Assembly (NCBI RefSeq): GCF_009914755.1
Contig: NC_060926.1
Direction: 5' to 3' (one strand)
Source: the human T2T-CHM13v2.0 reference genome, Homo sapiens
Length of the DNA stretch: 64,000 nucleotides
Part shown: one piece after another, positions 29,157 through 45,434 of the stretch
How the letters are laid out: every line of letters begins with the position of its first letter
Position numbering within the stretch: the first letter of the stretch is position 1
Position numbers and translations under genes: made by a program
Notes under the pieces: model-generated
Told to the model about the DNA's origin: nothing
The model's input: only the letters and a program-made list of their open reading frames with translations
Databases searched by the model: none

Positions 29157-29818
29157 AAAAGTAATGCTTTATTCTTTTATTCTAACTCTAGATTCAATCA
29201 CCTGACTACCTTATAGTTAAAAGTCTTTTCTGACCTTATTAATTTTGAAATTGAGACCCAACCTTTTTAGGCCTTATTACCTCATTCTACTGGTTATATA
29301 CCCCCTTTAAACCATAAGAAATGGGATTCACATCCTTTGATTCTATAACTGCTAGAAGTTAGAAGATCTGTTTTACTTTGAAATGCCTACCATTTGTTGA
29401 GAAGTGGGAACTGTTGTGTATCAGGAAATGAAGAAAAGTAGTTCTACCTATTAACAAAGTTTTCCCCCCAAAAAGACAAGAGACAGTGGGACATAGGTAA
29501 AAGTCCACATAGCTGTCACTCCTGGATGTTTCTGTTTACACCGGATGGATACCAGAATCATGCTTTCATTCTCTAAGGCAGCATGTTTAGAGTATTGGAA
29601 TATTGTCCTTAGGACCTAGATGGAGAGGCTTCTAACAGGATGTCCTGAAAACTATATTACACTTATAAGAAATGCCTCCAAACACCCAAACACAGATCAA
29701 GTGAAACAAAGTGGTCTTTTGATTTTAATGGTTTGTGACTTCTAGTGCATGTTTGTCCTTAGGTCCTGGTGTGTCACAGGTGCATGCTATTCCATGCAGA
29801 GGCACGTATTTCTTCCTG

Positions 29819-30591
<773 letters not shown>

Positions 30592-31187
30592 TTAATTTGA
30601 ATTTTTTGGTTAAATATATTAAGTGGCTAAAAAAATATCATCCATCTGGAATTTCTGAACCTCACATCTCAGGAAAAGGATATCTCATGCTTGCCACCTC
30701 TATGTCCAGTAAATGACTCCTCCAAGAAAGAACTTGGCCCAACCCTTGAAAGCTCTGCTCTAGTCCCCACCATTTGTAACAAGAAACACATTCAGGTGTG
30801 GCAGTTACGTGGTCTTTGGCCTGTGCCTTTTTTCTCTTGTCTCTTTCTGGAATTAGGAGGACTCACTTCTTTCCTCTAACTGATACACACCTCAAGTCAC
30901 TTGAGCCCACTTCTCAACATACCCTAGGTTCCCATCAGTTTAGAACAGTGCTTCTCAAACTCTTTGGTTTCAAGACCCCATTACATGCCATAAAATTATC
31001 GATGACCCCAAAACACTTTTATTTGTGGATTTACCTACCAATATTTATCATATTAAAAATTAAAACACAAATTAGAAATATATATTTGGTTATAAATAAC
31101 AATAAGCCCAACATACATTAACACAAATAACATGTTTTTGGAAAATAACCATTTTGTAAAACAAATGAGAAAAACAGCATTGTTTTA

Positions 31188-31542
<355 letters not shown>

Positions 31543-32085
31543 TCAATAGAAGACAGCTGGATATTCTTATCTGCCTCTGCATTCAATTTGTTCCAATACA
31601 TTGCTTTGGTTAAAGAATATGAAGAAAATGTGGCTTCACATATATATGTAGTTGGAAAATGAGAGGCGTATTTTGATAGCCTTTTCAAATAATTGTGGGT
31701 ATTCTTCAGTGATATTAGAGCAAAACTTGACAAATCATAGTTTCTTAAAGGCCAGTTGCAAAGTAGAATCTGAAACCCTATCACTGAACTGTGAAAATGT
31801 ATTACATTAAAATGCACTGGTCTATCTTGTTCTCTGAGTGGATTTTGTAGCATCATGCATTGCATTGGTCATTTAGAAAATACTGGTTCACTGAGTCACA
31901 CAGTTCTCCCAAATTTTCAGTCATTTCGGTATACAATATTTTTTTAAGTCCTATTTATTAATAGCACCACTGATCTCATCCTTAAGTACTGGGAAACTCA
32001 TAATATTGGATACAAATTTCCCCCAAATTCCAATTTTTGGTTGAAAACTCAGATTTTATCATTAGCAACAAATACTGTCTATTGT

Positions 32086-32315
32086 TTTTCTTGACACAGA
32101 GTGGTTGGAGTGCAGTGGCATGATCAGCCTCAGTTTCCTGAGTAACCGGGGCTACAGGTGTGCGCCACCAAGCCCGGTTAATTTTTGAAATTTTTTGCAG
32201 AGACAGAGTCTCGCCATGTTACCCACGTTGGTCTGAAACTCCCGGCCTCAAGCAGTCCTCCAGCCTTGGCCTCCCAAAGTGCTGGGTTTACAGGCATGAA
32301 CCATCATGCCTGGCC
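32086..32315 (-). mobile_element. AluJ, internally deleted, inside Charlie
   Basis: Reverse Alu ending catgcctggcc. Confidence 0.85.
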
Positions 32316-34047
32316 CCAGGATATTCTTGAGTGAAGCTGGCTTGCTTTTGCTTTTGCCAGGCCATAGCAGTAACAGTTAACTCCTAGTATACTGATTTCA
32401 TTGATGCTAAGGCATGACTTTTGCTGACAATTGCTTTTGCACCATCCATGCACATTTCAACACAGTTGTATCAGGATAAATCATAAGATTCAAAAAGTTA
32501 TTCAACACTTTGACTATTTCAGCACATGTGTTTGTTGCCAAGCATTTATGTAATATCTTCAATCATTAAGTGGGGCTGATAAGAACAAAAATAAGAAAAA
32601 TAACAAATACAGTCATATCTGTAGATGTGTCCATTTTGAAAGTACAAGTGCAATTCTGCAGATGGTATATTAGTCTTCATGTTTATAGTGAAATCCGAAA
32701 TTTGACAAGGTACCATGTTTTGGGGAAGTGGCACTGGTTTCTTTTACTAACTTGTCCTTCAGCAGGCATTGAGCAACGTCAACTGTGTAAGGCTTTGTCA
32801 TTCAGCTAGTATATGTACTTTTCCAGCCAATGCAATATGATAACTCACCCTGTAGGATGCTTTGGTGTCTTTTTCATTTCTAGTTTGAAAACATGAAGAA
32901 ATATTTAGCTTTTAAAAAGCTCATATTGTGTACATTAAAAATATTTTTCCTTTATACTCTTATCAGTCTCAAAATGACAATCTGAAATTGTTTTGTTGCA
33001 TAAGACACAATAAGGGGAATTATTAGCATCCACAAAGGGAGGGGAAGATATCTTTCATTGTGTTTTCATTTCTTCATCCAGTTTTTTTTTTTTTGAAGTT
33101 GATCCGCCCTTCCATGAGTCAGGGAACTCTGATATTTCAGGTTCAGGTATGTCAGCATCTTATATGTAGATGCTACATGTGGGAATTGAGAAAGCAAGCC
33201 TTCTCATCTTTTGTTTTTAAGCCAGTGATCTATCCTTAATGATAAGAAAAATATTGTATAAATAACTTTTCTCTTTATTTTAGAATATTGAACTCTAAAG
33301 CAATAACAGTTTTAGATGAATTTTTTAAAACTTATGAAGTTTTGAAAAAAATTTAAAATATTGCAAAACAACACAGTATATTATTTGTTGTTGAGTTTTC
33401 AAATAGATGCAAGGGAAATTCGGGATTTCAAAGCAACAATACATTGGACAATAATGAGGTCACAGAAATTATAGCAGGTATAATGAAAGATAGATACTGC
33501 AGTGAAAGTATTAAGAACAAACTGAGTTAATCTCCGAAAATGCACATATATATATTCTAAATCTACCACCTTAGAAAATTCTAAAAAACACAAGAATACA
33601 AAAAGCACTTGTTGCCAGAACAAAGTATCCTATGTCATGTAGCCTCTGGAAGCTCTACCATATTCTTGAGAAAGGATGAAAGTAAGAAAAACAAATGATG
33701 TCTTCATATTATTGTAAAATAGTTTCGACCTCACAGTCCTCCTGAAAAGATCTTAGCGCCCCCTGGAGTCCCCAGGCTACATCTGATGAATCACTGGTCT
33801 AGGGAGCCATCAGTTTTAAATGAGTTTAAATTGTCTTAAATATGCTTATTACACTTTCTTTATTTGATGCACCTTGTAGAACCTAAAATTAGATTTCAGG
33901 AGCTGCTGACGCTTTGAATGAAGTAAGAGATATCAGAGGTTAACAATTCAAGAGCCATGAATTCTCATTTTGATCCATTAAATCCTTCTACCTTTGCAGC
34001 ATGAGTCTAGAAGCCCTGATTCAGTCCTTGTTAAAAAGCTGGAAATA

Positions 34048-34399
<352 letters not shown>

Positions 34400-34640
34400 T
34401 TAAATTTCCACATGTTGCTTCTCCAGATCATTTCATGATCATTCAAGTGGAAACCGCAGCAATTAGAAGTGTTGCATATGGTTGGAATGTAATCACTTTA
34501 CATTTTGAGCGTTCCTTCTAAAAGCAATTTCTTTTGATTCAATGTAAAAATTCATAAGTACATATCAGGCACCCATACTATCCAGGTACTAAAGGGAATA
34601 CAAAAGGTGCACATCCTACTCCTCAATTATTAATTTTTGC

Positions 34641-34900
34641 GGCTGGACGCGGTGACTCATACCTGTAATCTCAACACTTTGGGAGGCCGAGGTGGGCAGA
34701 TCACCTGAGGTCAGGAGTTTGAGACCAGCCTGGCCAGCATGGTGAAACTCTGTCTCTACTAAAAATACAATAATTAGCTGGGTGTGGTGGCACGCACCTG
34801 TAATCCCAGCTACTGGGGAGGCTGAGGCAGGAGAATCTCATGAACCCAGGAGGCAGAGGTGGCGGTGAGCTGAGATTGCACCACTACACTCCAGACTGGG
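34641..34900 (+). mobile_element. AluS, 3'-truncated (no A-tail)
   Basis: Ends abruptly at ccagactggg. Confidence 0.88.
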
Positions 34901-35371
34901 ATTTAAGAAAATGTGTAGTTAAATATTGCCTAAAATGCTCGAATGTAGGTTATAAACAATGAGAATAGGGCCCATGAAGAGATTTTCGTTTTTCACAGAG
35001 GTGAGACTTAAAAAGGCCTTGAAGGATAAATAGAAATAGAAGCAGAGTAGAAGGGTTATTCCAGGAGAATATTAGTTTGGATGAGGGCACAGAGGCAGGA
35101 AGATGGAGCTTAGCTTGAGGGAATGGAGGTCACTGGTGCTGTGAATATTTGCAGACAGCCATATCCAGAGCTGAGAGGTGAAAGAACAGACTGGAATAGT
35201 TCTTTTCTTTTTCACTCTCCTACCTTATTTGCTTTTGGTTTAGCAAGGAGGATCGAAAGTAAACCAAGAGAAATGGTGGGGGGCAGCAGAGGGAGGTGGG
35301 AGGGAAACTCCAGGATGAGTTATGGTCAGCCAAAAGAAGCTGTTGAAATAAAATGACCAAGAGTTAATGCC

Positions 35372-35801
35372 TTTATAGACGCAGGGATGCACAGCCTAGA
35401 TCCCCTTCCTCTAAAGGACTTGCTGCCCATCCACTGAAAGCTTGGTCAGCAGCCAGCCCCCAGCTATCGGCTCTTTCAGGGCCTGCCTTGTTGCAAAGGG
35501 CCGCCTCCCTGCAAAGAGCTGCCTTGCTCAAAGAGCTGCCTTGCACTAGGTCATGCTCTTCTGGTGGCAGCTTGCATCCTGTCACAGAGAGGCAGGGGTG
35601 TGAAAGCACAGCCATCTCATTTGCTCTGCAGGACAATATCCACTCCAGAGTTCCTGCTAGACTGGCCAAGACCTTGTTGCCATTCAACTTCTTTCCCATT
35701 CTACTCGCTCCCTCCTTCCTTCACAGGTGTTGAGCCCTAATAAAATTTTGCACCCGAAATTCTGCTTCATTATCTGTTTCTGGAGAACCCAACCTGTAAC
35801 A
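35372..35801 (+). mobile_element. ERVL solo LTR, LTR16A-like
   Basis: gatgcacagcctagatcccctt...aataaaattttgcac...ggagaacccaacctgtaaca. Confidence 0.75.
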
Positions 35802-35820
35802 TTTTCCCAGCCAGGGCTGA

Positions 35821-35822
<2 letters not shown>

Positions 35823-35858
<36 letters not shown>
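35823..35858. repeat. (AC)n microsatellite (about 18 units)
   Basis: Direct read. Confidence 0.95.
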
Positions 35859-35862
<4 letters not shown>

Positions 35863-36619
35863 TCTCTCTGTATATATGTTTCTGTGTATGTATATATGTA
35901 TGTATATTTTTATTTACTTTTCTCCATTCAATAGTATACTGCCTATCAATTATTAGCAAATTGTATTTTCAACCTGTTGGCTTATTTATTCTAAATATAG
36001 CCATTTTCCTCTAAAGAGAAATCTTTGTTGCCAAAAGAATTTTATAATGGCAAAATCAGTCATTTTCCCCACTAATCGCAATGTAATTTTGCCCATTTTG
36101 AGATGGGCAAAAATCATATGTTCAGAACAGTAAGGTGAGACAGAATCAGCTAATTTACTGATAACTGTGGGCACTACCTGAACTGACGTATCATGCTGCT
36201 ACGCACTTTAGTACCAGGCTCTCTGGTGGCCAGTTCTTTGCAGGATAACGTGGAATAATGCTTATGTAAAATATGACTTCCAAGACTAATTCTCAACTTC
36301 AGACTCCCCACTCCCAGCATTATTGCTTTGGCATTAGTAATGTTAGTCAGAAATATGAGTAATTCTTGGCAAGAATGGGAAGCATTCAACTTGTAACTTC
36401 AAAAAGACATTATCTGAAAGGTTGAAAGCCAGTTTCTAATAGTACCTGGTGTCTTGGCTTCAGGGCTCACAGCAATCCTGTGGAGAAAGTATGAGTTTCC
36501 CATTTCAACAAAGAAGGTGAGGCTTAGAGGGAAAGGAAGTTGCTCAAGATTTGCTCTGGAACAGAGCCAGGATTCCCACTCAGATCTTCGACTCTGAATC
36601 CTGCAGGCCTTCACCTGTG

Positions 36620-37132
36620 CGAGCACTGAGCGCCTGGCTGCCAGCTCCAGAGCTCCTCTGGGGCCTTGGTCAGTGTGGTGTTGTTTATGTCCAGCACACT
36701 TTCCGTTGGTCTACTGGAGGACAGTTCCTGTACAGGCAGATGACTTCCTTCACCAAGGACCTGTGACTCTCTCCCTGAGGGCTTTCTCTGACATCATCTG
36801 CACATGGACAGCTTAGACTGAAAGTTTCAGGGGTTCGATGCCTTCCAGAGGCACCTCTCTAACAATAAGAGCCCAGATTGAGTGGAAATACCCCAGCTTC
36901 CTTACCACTCCAGCCTCCATGCCCTTAGTGGCATGATTCCGAGGTGCATCCTACACTGACTCTTGGTGGCTCCCTGGCCAGAGCTCATTCGCGTGGCCCT
37001 CAGCAGCTCTCCTCCTTCCCTGGCTGTCTTCCTCACCACCTCTCCGTGATTCCAGGAATCAGCTCCCGAATAAACGACTTGCACCCGAATCCTTGTCTCA
37101 GGGTCTGCTTCTGGGGGCACACCGAGGAAGAC
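36620..37132 (+). mobile_element. ERVL-type solo LTR (LTR16/LTR33/LTR41 group; subfamily and 5' end uncertain)
   Basis: Typical 3' end ctcccgaataaacgacttgcacccgaatccttgtctcagggtctgcttctggggg...aagaca. Confidence 0.65.
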
Positions 37133-39741
37133 AGCAATCCCGTCCTAAGGTTTTGCACATCTGAGCCAGAGGGACCCCCTGGGACCGGGTCTCAGGGCTG
37201 AGTTTTGGAGGAGTGGGAGACACTCAGGGTGCGGCTTGAGGAGGGATGAGGTGAGACTTTGAGGTCGGCAGATGGCATTTCTGGCAGGCGCCTAGCATGG
37301 AAGGTGTGAGAGGAAGAGGGAGGTTGGGGACAGTGGACATCCTTGGGGGTGGTGGGGAAGGAATCAGGGCTGGGAACCTGCCTCTGTCAGCAAAGGGAAC
37401 TGTGCCAGTGGGCCCCAGGACCAATGCCAGGGAGGCCACGTTCACCCAGCGGCTCAGCCAAGTCTTTTTAAGGAGTGGAATGGGAAATGCCGTTTACTGG
37501 CTTGCTGTTGGCCCAGTATTTATTGTTTTACATTTTTGCCCTGGAATTTCCATTGTCCTTACTCCTTAGAGGAGACTACACTTTTGCAGCTAATAAAATA
37601 TGTTCTCCAGGTTAAATGGCATTTCAGCAAGTGCCATCATTACATTTTTCAGCACCCAGCCACTTACATAGCTCTTCCATTTTGTCCTGATAAAATCACC
37701 CTGTGCAGTGAGCAAGGCGAGGGTTATATGCCCGCCTCTGCGATGCTGGCTAATGTGCTCACAGCGCCCCAGCTATGAGTAGCATGGGTCGGGGGAGTGC
37801 ACAGAGCCTGTCAATGTGGCTTCACTCCTGCGGCAGGCCCCAAGGGTGACAGCCCTCTGCTGGCGGACTCAGAGCTATTCCAGGAGTAGGCTGGGCTGGC
37901 CCCACGAGGGGCAGAAAGCCAGCGCCTATAGATGCAGCTCTCTTCTACCCATCTGTCCTCTCGAGCCCCCACTGCAGCCGGCTGGGCTTTCCAAGTCCTG
38001 TTTTTTTCCATTGATTCTAGGGATGGCAACGTTTGGATAGAACATCAGAGCTCGGTTGGTGCCTGGGCAGTCATGACCGTGGGCATGGGCAGGGCAGCAT
38101 GGTGACGTGGGGCTGGGCTCAGGATCAAATGAGACAGGCCTGAAATCCATCAGAGCCTCTTAAAGCCTGGACAAGTGGCCAGTTCTTTGAAGGGTTTATA
38201 TCTGTATTGCCTAGTGCAGCTTCCAGATGTGTGGTTTAGGATGTTGAAAGCACTTGTTATTGCTTGTGTTAATATGATGAAAGCAATACTAATAAAGTGT
38301 AGTCTCTGAGGCTGATGAATGTGATCTCTGAGGCTGCTTTCCCCAACCTTGGGGAGGTGGGCTGTTGGGTGGCCATGTCAGATTCAGTTCTGGCAGGATG
38401 CTGGGGGCCTTCCGGCAGCACCGATGCCCTGGCTCAGAACCTTTTGCTTGTTGCTCCCCAGGGGTGGTCAAGGCCAGGGAGCAGCTCCAAGCCTTCCTGG
38501 CAAGGCTAGCTGTGGAGCCGGAAGCGGGGACCCTGCCCCATCCATCCTCCACAGACTCCAAGTCCTTCCAGGCCTGGCCCCGCTGCTCAGTCCTGCTCAG
38601 TCCCATGTGGAGGGAAAACTCCGAATCCTAGAGTGGCCTGAAGTCTCCCAAGTGGGGAGCAAGGAGCAGGCAAATTGGTGCCCTTTCTACTGAAATATCT
38701 GCTTCTTTGTCACATCCAACAACTCCAGGGAATTATGACCTTTCTTGACCAGCATTTTCCTCTAACCTTTCCATCTTCCTCCCAGGAAAGTGAGGACTCA
38801 ACAATACAAGTTACAAAACCCTTCTGCTGGAATCAGACCAAAAGGAAGCTCTCTAATAAGAATCTATTGTGAATGTTGTGCTGTTGTGCCTAGATCTCCA
38901 CAAGGGCACAGATGACTGGGAATTCACATCTCTCGCTCCTTTTAAACCCTCAAGTCTGAGTCTAGCTGCTGCCATACAGAGACCGTTTCCCTGTGAAGCC
39001 TCTAGACTTGCCACTGAATTGACCTGCCCTGTAGAAAGGACATTTCTCTTCCCTTTGGATAGAGTATTGTGAGAAGGCTGTCTTTGAAGCCTCAGAAGAG
39101 TGGCTTTTGTCTCCTTTGTTCCCATAAGGAAAAAGATGTCAGATGAGAGGCCAATCTTTTGTCACCTTCCCAGAGACCACCCCCATAGGAATCTGCCCCT
39201 CCTCCCCTCTTAGCTGTAACTAGCTAGATCAGGGTGCGCTCTGACTTAAGGGTAGCCTCTCCCAAGGCCACTGAGTTGTGGCCTGGAAAAAGATGATCTG
39301 GGCCTCTTAAGATTCATCCTTCAGGACGTAAGTTTGGGAAACTGAGCGGCTGTTGACATTTGAAGTGAGAGCCAAAGCAGAAGGATTGTGGTGCAGAAAG
39401 CAGGGAAGCAAAGAGAAACAGGTCTTCTCCATGATGGTCATGTGCAGGTGAGGGCATGAAGTAGCCAGGAGCAGAGTCAGGAGAATGGAGCAGATGCTCA
39501 GAGAGCAGGGTCAATGCTCCACACGTTCCTGGAAAGGTGGGAATGTGGCCCTAGCCAACTCAGTCTCAGATCCCACGAGAGCCACCCAGGCCAAGGCTTC
39601 TGTTCTGAGACACCATCTCTTTAACATAGATCCCTGCACAAAACCCCTCTTTTCTGAGCCAGCCCAAGGAGGAGTCTCTGTTTCTGAACCTCCGCTTATC
39701 AAGGGCAGGTCTACTGGCTAGTTGAGGATAATGCTAGAAAC

Positions 39742-40072
39742 CTGCCTTGTCCAGTGCAGTAGCCACGAGTTACACGTGGCTCTCAAGCACTTGTAGCACT
39801 ATGGCTGGTCCAGACTGAGATGTGCTGTGAGTCTAAAATTCACACTGCACCCTGAAGACTTACGGCCAAAAAAAGAAGGCAAAATATCTCACTAATAATT
39901 TTTATATATTGATTATATTAAAATGAGAATATTTTGGATATATCAGTTTAAATAAAGATATTATTAAAGTTAATTTCACCTGTATCGTTTTACATTTTTA
40001 ATGTGACCACTAGAAAATTTACAGTTACATATGTGGTTCACATTATATTAAATATTTCTATTGGATACCCTG
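39742..40072. mobile_element. MER33 (hAT-Charlie MITE)
   Basis: gtagccacgagttacacgtggct...gactgagatgtgctgtgag...cactagaaaatttacagttacatatgtgg...tttctattgga. Confidence 0.8.
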
Positions 40073-43000
40073 CCTTATACTGAAATACCCCAGAAACAAG
40101 AACTGTAGATATTTTAGTAATTACATTAATTAGTTCCAATACTGAAATTGAAGTCTCAAGGAATCAACACACGTAATCTCCTGCCTCCAGGCATGCTGAG
40201 CCTCAACAAGTCCAGCTAAAATGGACCTTCTTCTAAAGCCCCTCTCCACCCCAGGGAAACCCTCTCACCTGCCCCCAACAATTCTCTTCATGCCCGTTGC
40301 AGCTGCCGTGCCATAGTTGCTGTTAGCCCTAGGTGAGATTAAGTATGTAATGTTTATCATTATAAAGACCCATCACAGATTTTATTATTAAATAACCTCA
40401 CACTGAATTTACACAAGATGGAGATTAAAAAAAAGAAACAACCTAGGATGTGTCATAAGATCCAAGGACACAACCAGACTCTCAGCCATGGGATGGGGCT
40501 CTCTCCATCTTTTATCTGTGTACCTCTTAAAGCACCTGCTCCATTTGTCTCTCTGCCGACCAGCAGCCTCTGCTTCCCCAGGGCGGGAAATGTGGAGACT
40601 GCCCCCCATTTGACAGAGTTGACAGCTCACAGCTCCTTTTTTGCAGAGAGACACCAATGCTACTCTAGTTCCCACGTCCAGAGGTCCTGGGGAGGGATTC
40701 ATGGCCCAGCTAGAGAGAACCACTATGGCCAGGAGCCAAGCCACATAAGAATATGACTGTCCCCCTCCCCCCGAAGCTGTGTAGTGAGAGGATGGGATGG
40801 TTCCCAGAAAGTAGGGTGGGGACCCCAAAGAAAATGAGAAGTTTCCATGATATCCATGATTATTAGTGTTTGCTTAATCTGGCCTTTGGTTAAAAAGAAT
40901 TGTTCTTCCATCCACGGAGGGCTCCAGATGACACCTCCCACTCCTATATCCTCCTTAGAACTTTGCACACCTGCGTGAAAACTTTCACCTCCTCTCCAAC
41001 TACTAAAATTTGATAATGAAACAATCTGTGAAATTCAACATGGACCTGAGCCATGCAGTCTGTGGGTGGATCACATGAGCAGCAAGGCAGCCATTTGGAA
41101 GAAAGCAGCCACTAAATCACAGACAATGAGAGGAGCCCCTCGGCAGTGATGCCACAGATGGTGATGTGGCATCTTCAGGTGCCACAGATGTTGATGCCTT
41201 CAGTTGATGATAGGGATGTTTTAGGGAGCCTTATTTAACCAGATTCATGGCAGCACCTGAGGAAAAATCCTGTGCGGGAATGAGTTCATCCATACCTACT
41301 GGCTATTTGTGTCCTCCCACAGCCATCTGGCCCTGGCTAAATCACACTGCTTTGGAGTTCATTTCAAAAGCCCAGTCATATGTATGTTAAAGAGGTTCAC
41401 ATATCACTGGCTCATAGAAAGAAAGCCAGTTTCCTGTGTGCTTTTCAAGACTGCCGGTGGGCACTCCCAGCTAACCTAAAGTCATTTCTCCCACTACTCC
41501 CTATGGACCCTTCCGCTGACACCCGGTCAGCCCAGATGCTGTCTTGCTCCTGAACACGCTATGTGCAGGTCACCTGAGAGTCTATTTCTGTAGCCTGAAG
41601 ATGGTCTAAAAAGGTCTAAACCCAGGTCTGCCTGTGACCAGCTATGCCCTCCTTGGAAAGTTTCTTTTTCCTTGAATAAAATTCAAGTAATTATCACCAC
41701 CTGGCAGGGTTGTTATAAAAATCAAAAAAGATTTAAAGCACTTAAGCTGTATCTGGAATACTTTTGTTCTTTGAAAAAAATTCTGAAGCACATATGGCAA
41801 ATTTTAACATGTTCACTGGTTGACTTTTCTCCATATTTTTCTATGTGCTTGTAATTTTTCGTTTTCTTAAAAATGATAAATATTATTTTGGGGAAACAGG
41901 GACCAAACTTGCCTCCTACCATAACCAACTACAAAAATGGACAAATTATATACCACAACTGTGTTCAGGTATTAGACAACAGTCAGCCCAGGACTATATA
42001 CATGAGAGAAGAAAAATTAATGAGGTGAACCCTCTAGTTGCCCCAGGTTTCTGCCTGGGGACAGTTTCTGGGACCATGTGGCAGGGAGTAGGACCCTGGG
42101 AGAGCATGGTGGTCTTACTGAGTTGAATTATCAGAGATCAGAGTTTGGGGAGGCTGAGTCAGCCAGACTTTGTGTGACAAAGTACTATGAAGAAGAGAGT
42201 TATGCTGAGAAAGCTTCCAGAATCTGCAGAGGGGTCCCCTTGAATCTGCTGCTGAACACTAAGCTGAACTTGAGTATGGTGAAACTCCATGAGACTAAGT
42301 AAAGAAGTACTAGGCAGATATAAGCTGAACAATTCCCAGCAGTCACACAGGGCTACAAGATACTTGTATTCAACCAGCCGGAATAGAAAGTCCACAATGA
42401 GCTCCAGAGTCATTCAATTAGAGACTACAAAAGAGTCACACCTTAGCAGAAGTGCTACCAAAGCTAAAAAACAATCCTCAAAAGGGTCAAGCTAATCTGC
42501 AAGTAACTTAACTGCCTGCCAGAGCAAAGATCAACATTCTTTAAAAGAACATAACAAAATCCAACATGGAACAAAATAAAATCCACAATGTCCAGCATCC
42601 AAAAGAATATTACAAGGCATGAAAGGAAGCAGGAAAATGTGACCCATAACCAGGAAGAAAATCAATAGATAAAAATTAAGAAATGACAGAGATGATGAAA
42701 TTAGCACACAAAAACTTTAAAACAGCTATTATGAATAAGTTTATGTAGTCAAAGAAAAATAAATGTAATGAGAAAGAAATGGAAGATATGAAAAAGAACC
42801 AAATGGGATTTCAAGAGATGAAATGAAAATTTCACTGGATGAGACTAACAGCAGTGTATTTGACACTACAGAAGAAAATAACAGTGAATTTGAGGACATA
42901 GCAATATGAACTTATCTAAACCAAAGAAAAGAAAGAAAGAAAATTTGAGGCGGGAGTAGGGGGAGACAGCATAGCCTTAATGACCTGTGGGACAATATCA

Positions 43001-43344
43001 AGCAGTCCAGTACCCATGAAACTGGTGTGCCACAAAGAGAAGAGAGAGGAAGAAATAGAAAAAAGCTTCAAAATTTTATAGTGAATTTCCCCCTAAATTT
43101 GATGAGAAATATAAATCTATAGAGCCAAATGTCTTACACAAAGATGTTATTAATATATGACCAAATTTCTGAAAAACGGCTCCAAAGAAAACATCTTTAA
43201 AGCATCCAGAGACAAAAGAAACATTTTGTACAAAGGAGAAAAGATAAAACTTAATGCAGACTTCTCATCAGAAACAATGCAGTTCAGACGACAATGGAAT
43301 GTATTTTAAAGTACGGAAAGGAAAAAAGCCAACCCAGAATTCTA

Positions 43345-43797
<453 letters not shown>

Positions 43798-44006
43798 TCA
43801 CAATCCTAAAAGATTAAAATCTCAAACTGAAATTCTGAAAGCCAAATTCTGGAGAAGGGATTAGTGCATCTTCAGTTGTACACAAGATAGTTGCATCATA
43901 TTGGTTGCAGCATGTTAGGCAGAACTATTACCTTGTTATTGTCTTTATTTGGAAATTAAGTCTGGTGTAAAGAGATGCGTATATGTGCCAAATTGACAAG
44001 GGGACT

Positions 44007-44563
44007 TGTGCACTTAATTTTAGGTGTCAATTCAACTGGATTAAGGAATACCTAGAAACCTGGTAAAGCATGATTTCAGGTGGGTCTGTGAGGGTGTTTC
44101 CAGAGGAGATTGCTATGTGAGTCTGAGTGGACTAGGTGGGGAAGATCCGCCGTCGTTGTTGGTATGCACAATTCAGTCATCCAGGGATCCAGAGAGAACA
44201 GATACAGAAGGTAAATGAGTCTCTTCTGAGAGCTAGGACAGGCTTTTTTTCTACCACTTTGGACATAAGAGATCCAGACTTGACAGCCTCTAGACTCCAG
44301 GCCTTACATCAGCAGCCCCCGCCTGGGTCCCAAGGCTTTCAGCCTTGGACTGAGAGTTACACCATTGGCTTCCCTGGCTCTGAGGCCTTCAGACTTGGAC
44401 TGAACCACACTTCCCATATTCCAGTCTCCAGCTGGCAGATAGCCTGTTGTAGGACTTCTCAGCCACTATAATCACATGAGCCAATTCCCCTAATAAATTC
44501 CTCTCATATACCTATATACATATCCTATTGCTTCTGTCTCTCTGGAGAACACTGCCTAATACA
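44007..44563 (+). mobile_element. MLT2B-type (MLT2B3-like) ERVL LTR carried inside Ricksha
   Basis: tgtgcacttaattttaggtgtcaa...gggtctgtgagggtgtttccagaggagatt...tctctggagaacactgcctaataca. Confidence 0.85.
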
Positions 44564-44731
44564 GATTTGGTATTGGGGAAGCCAAATATCATTCCTTCTT
44601 ACTGCATTCCTTACAGCACAATGGAAAAGAGCTGTGAAATTGTTTCCTTACAAAAAAAAAAAAAAAGTGAAAAGTTGAAAGTGTACAAGGCTACTTAACA
44701 GTGAAAGGTACAAATTTAAAAGCTAATTTTA

Positions 44732-45434
<703 letters not shown>

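Noticed and set aside
39526-40809. Isolated GAS-like 9-mers (TTCCTGGAA 39526, TTCCCAGAA 40801)
   Set aside because: Single motifs are expected by chance in 64 kb; no clustering.
39150-40820. Possible old MaLR (MLT1) LTR remnants at ~39150-39700 and ~40420-40820
   Set aside because: Resemblance too weak to assign family or boundaries by eye.
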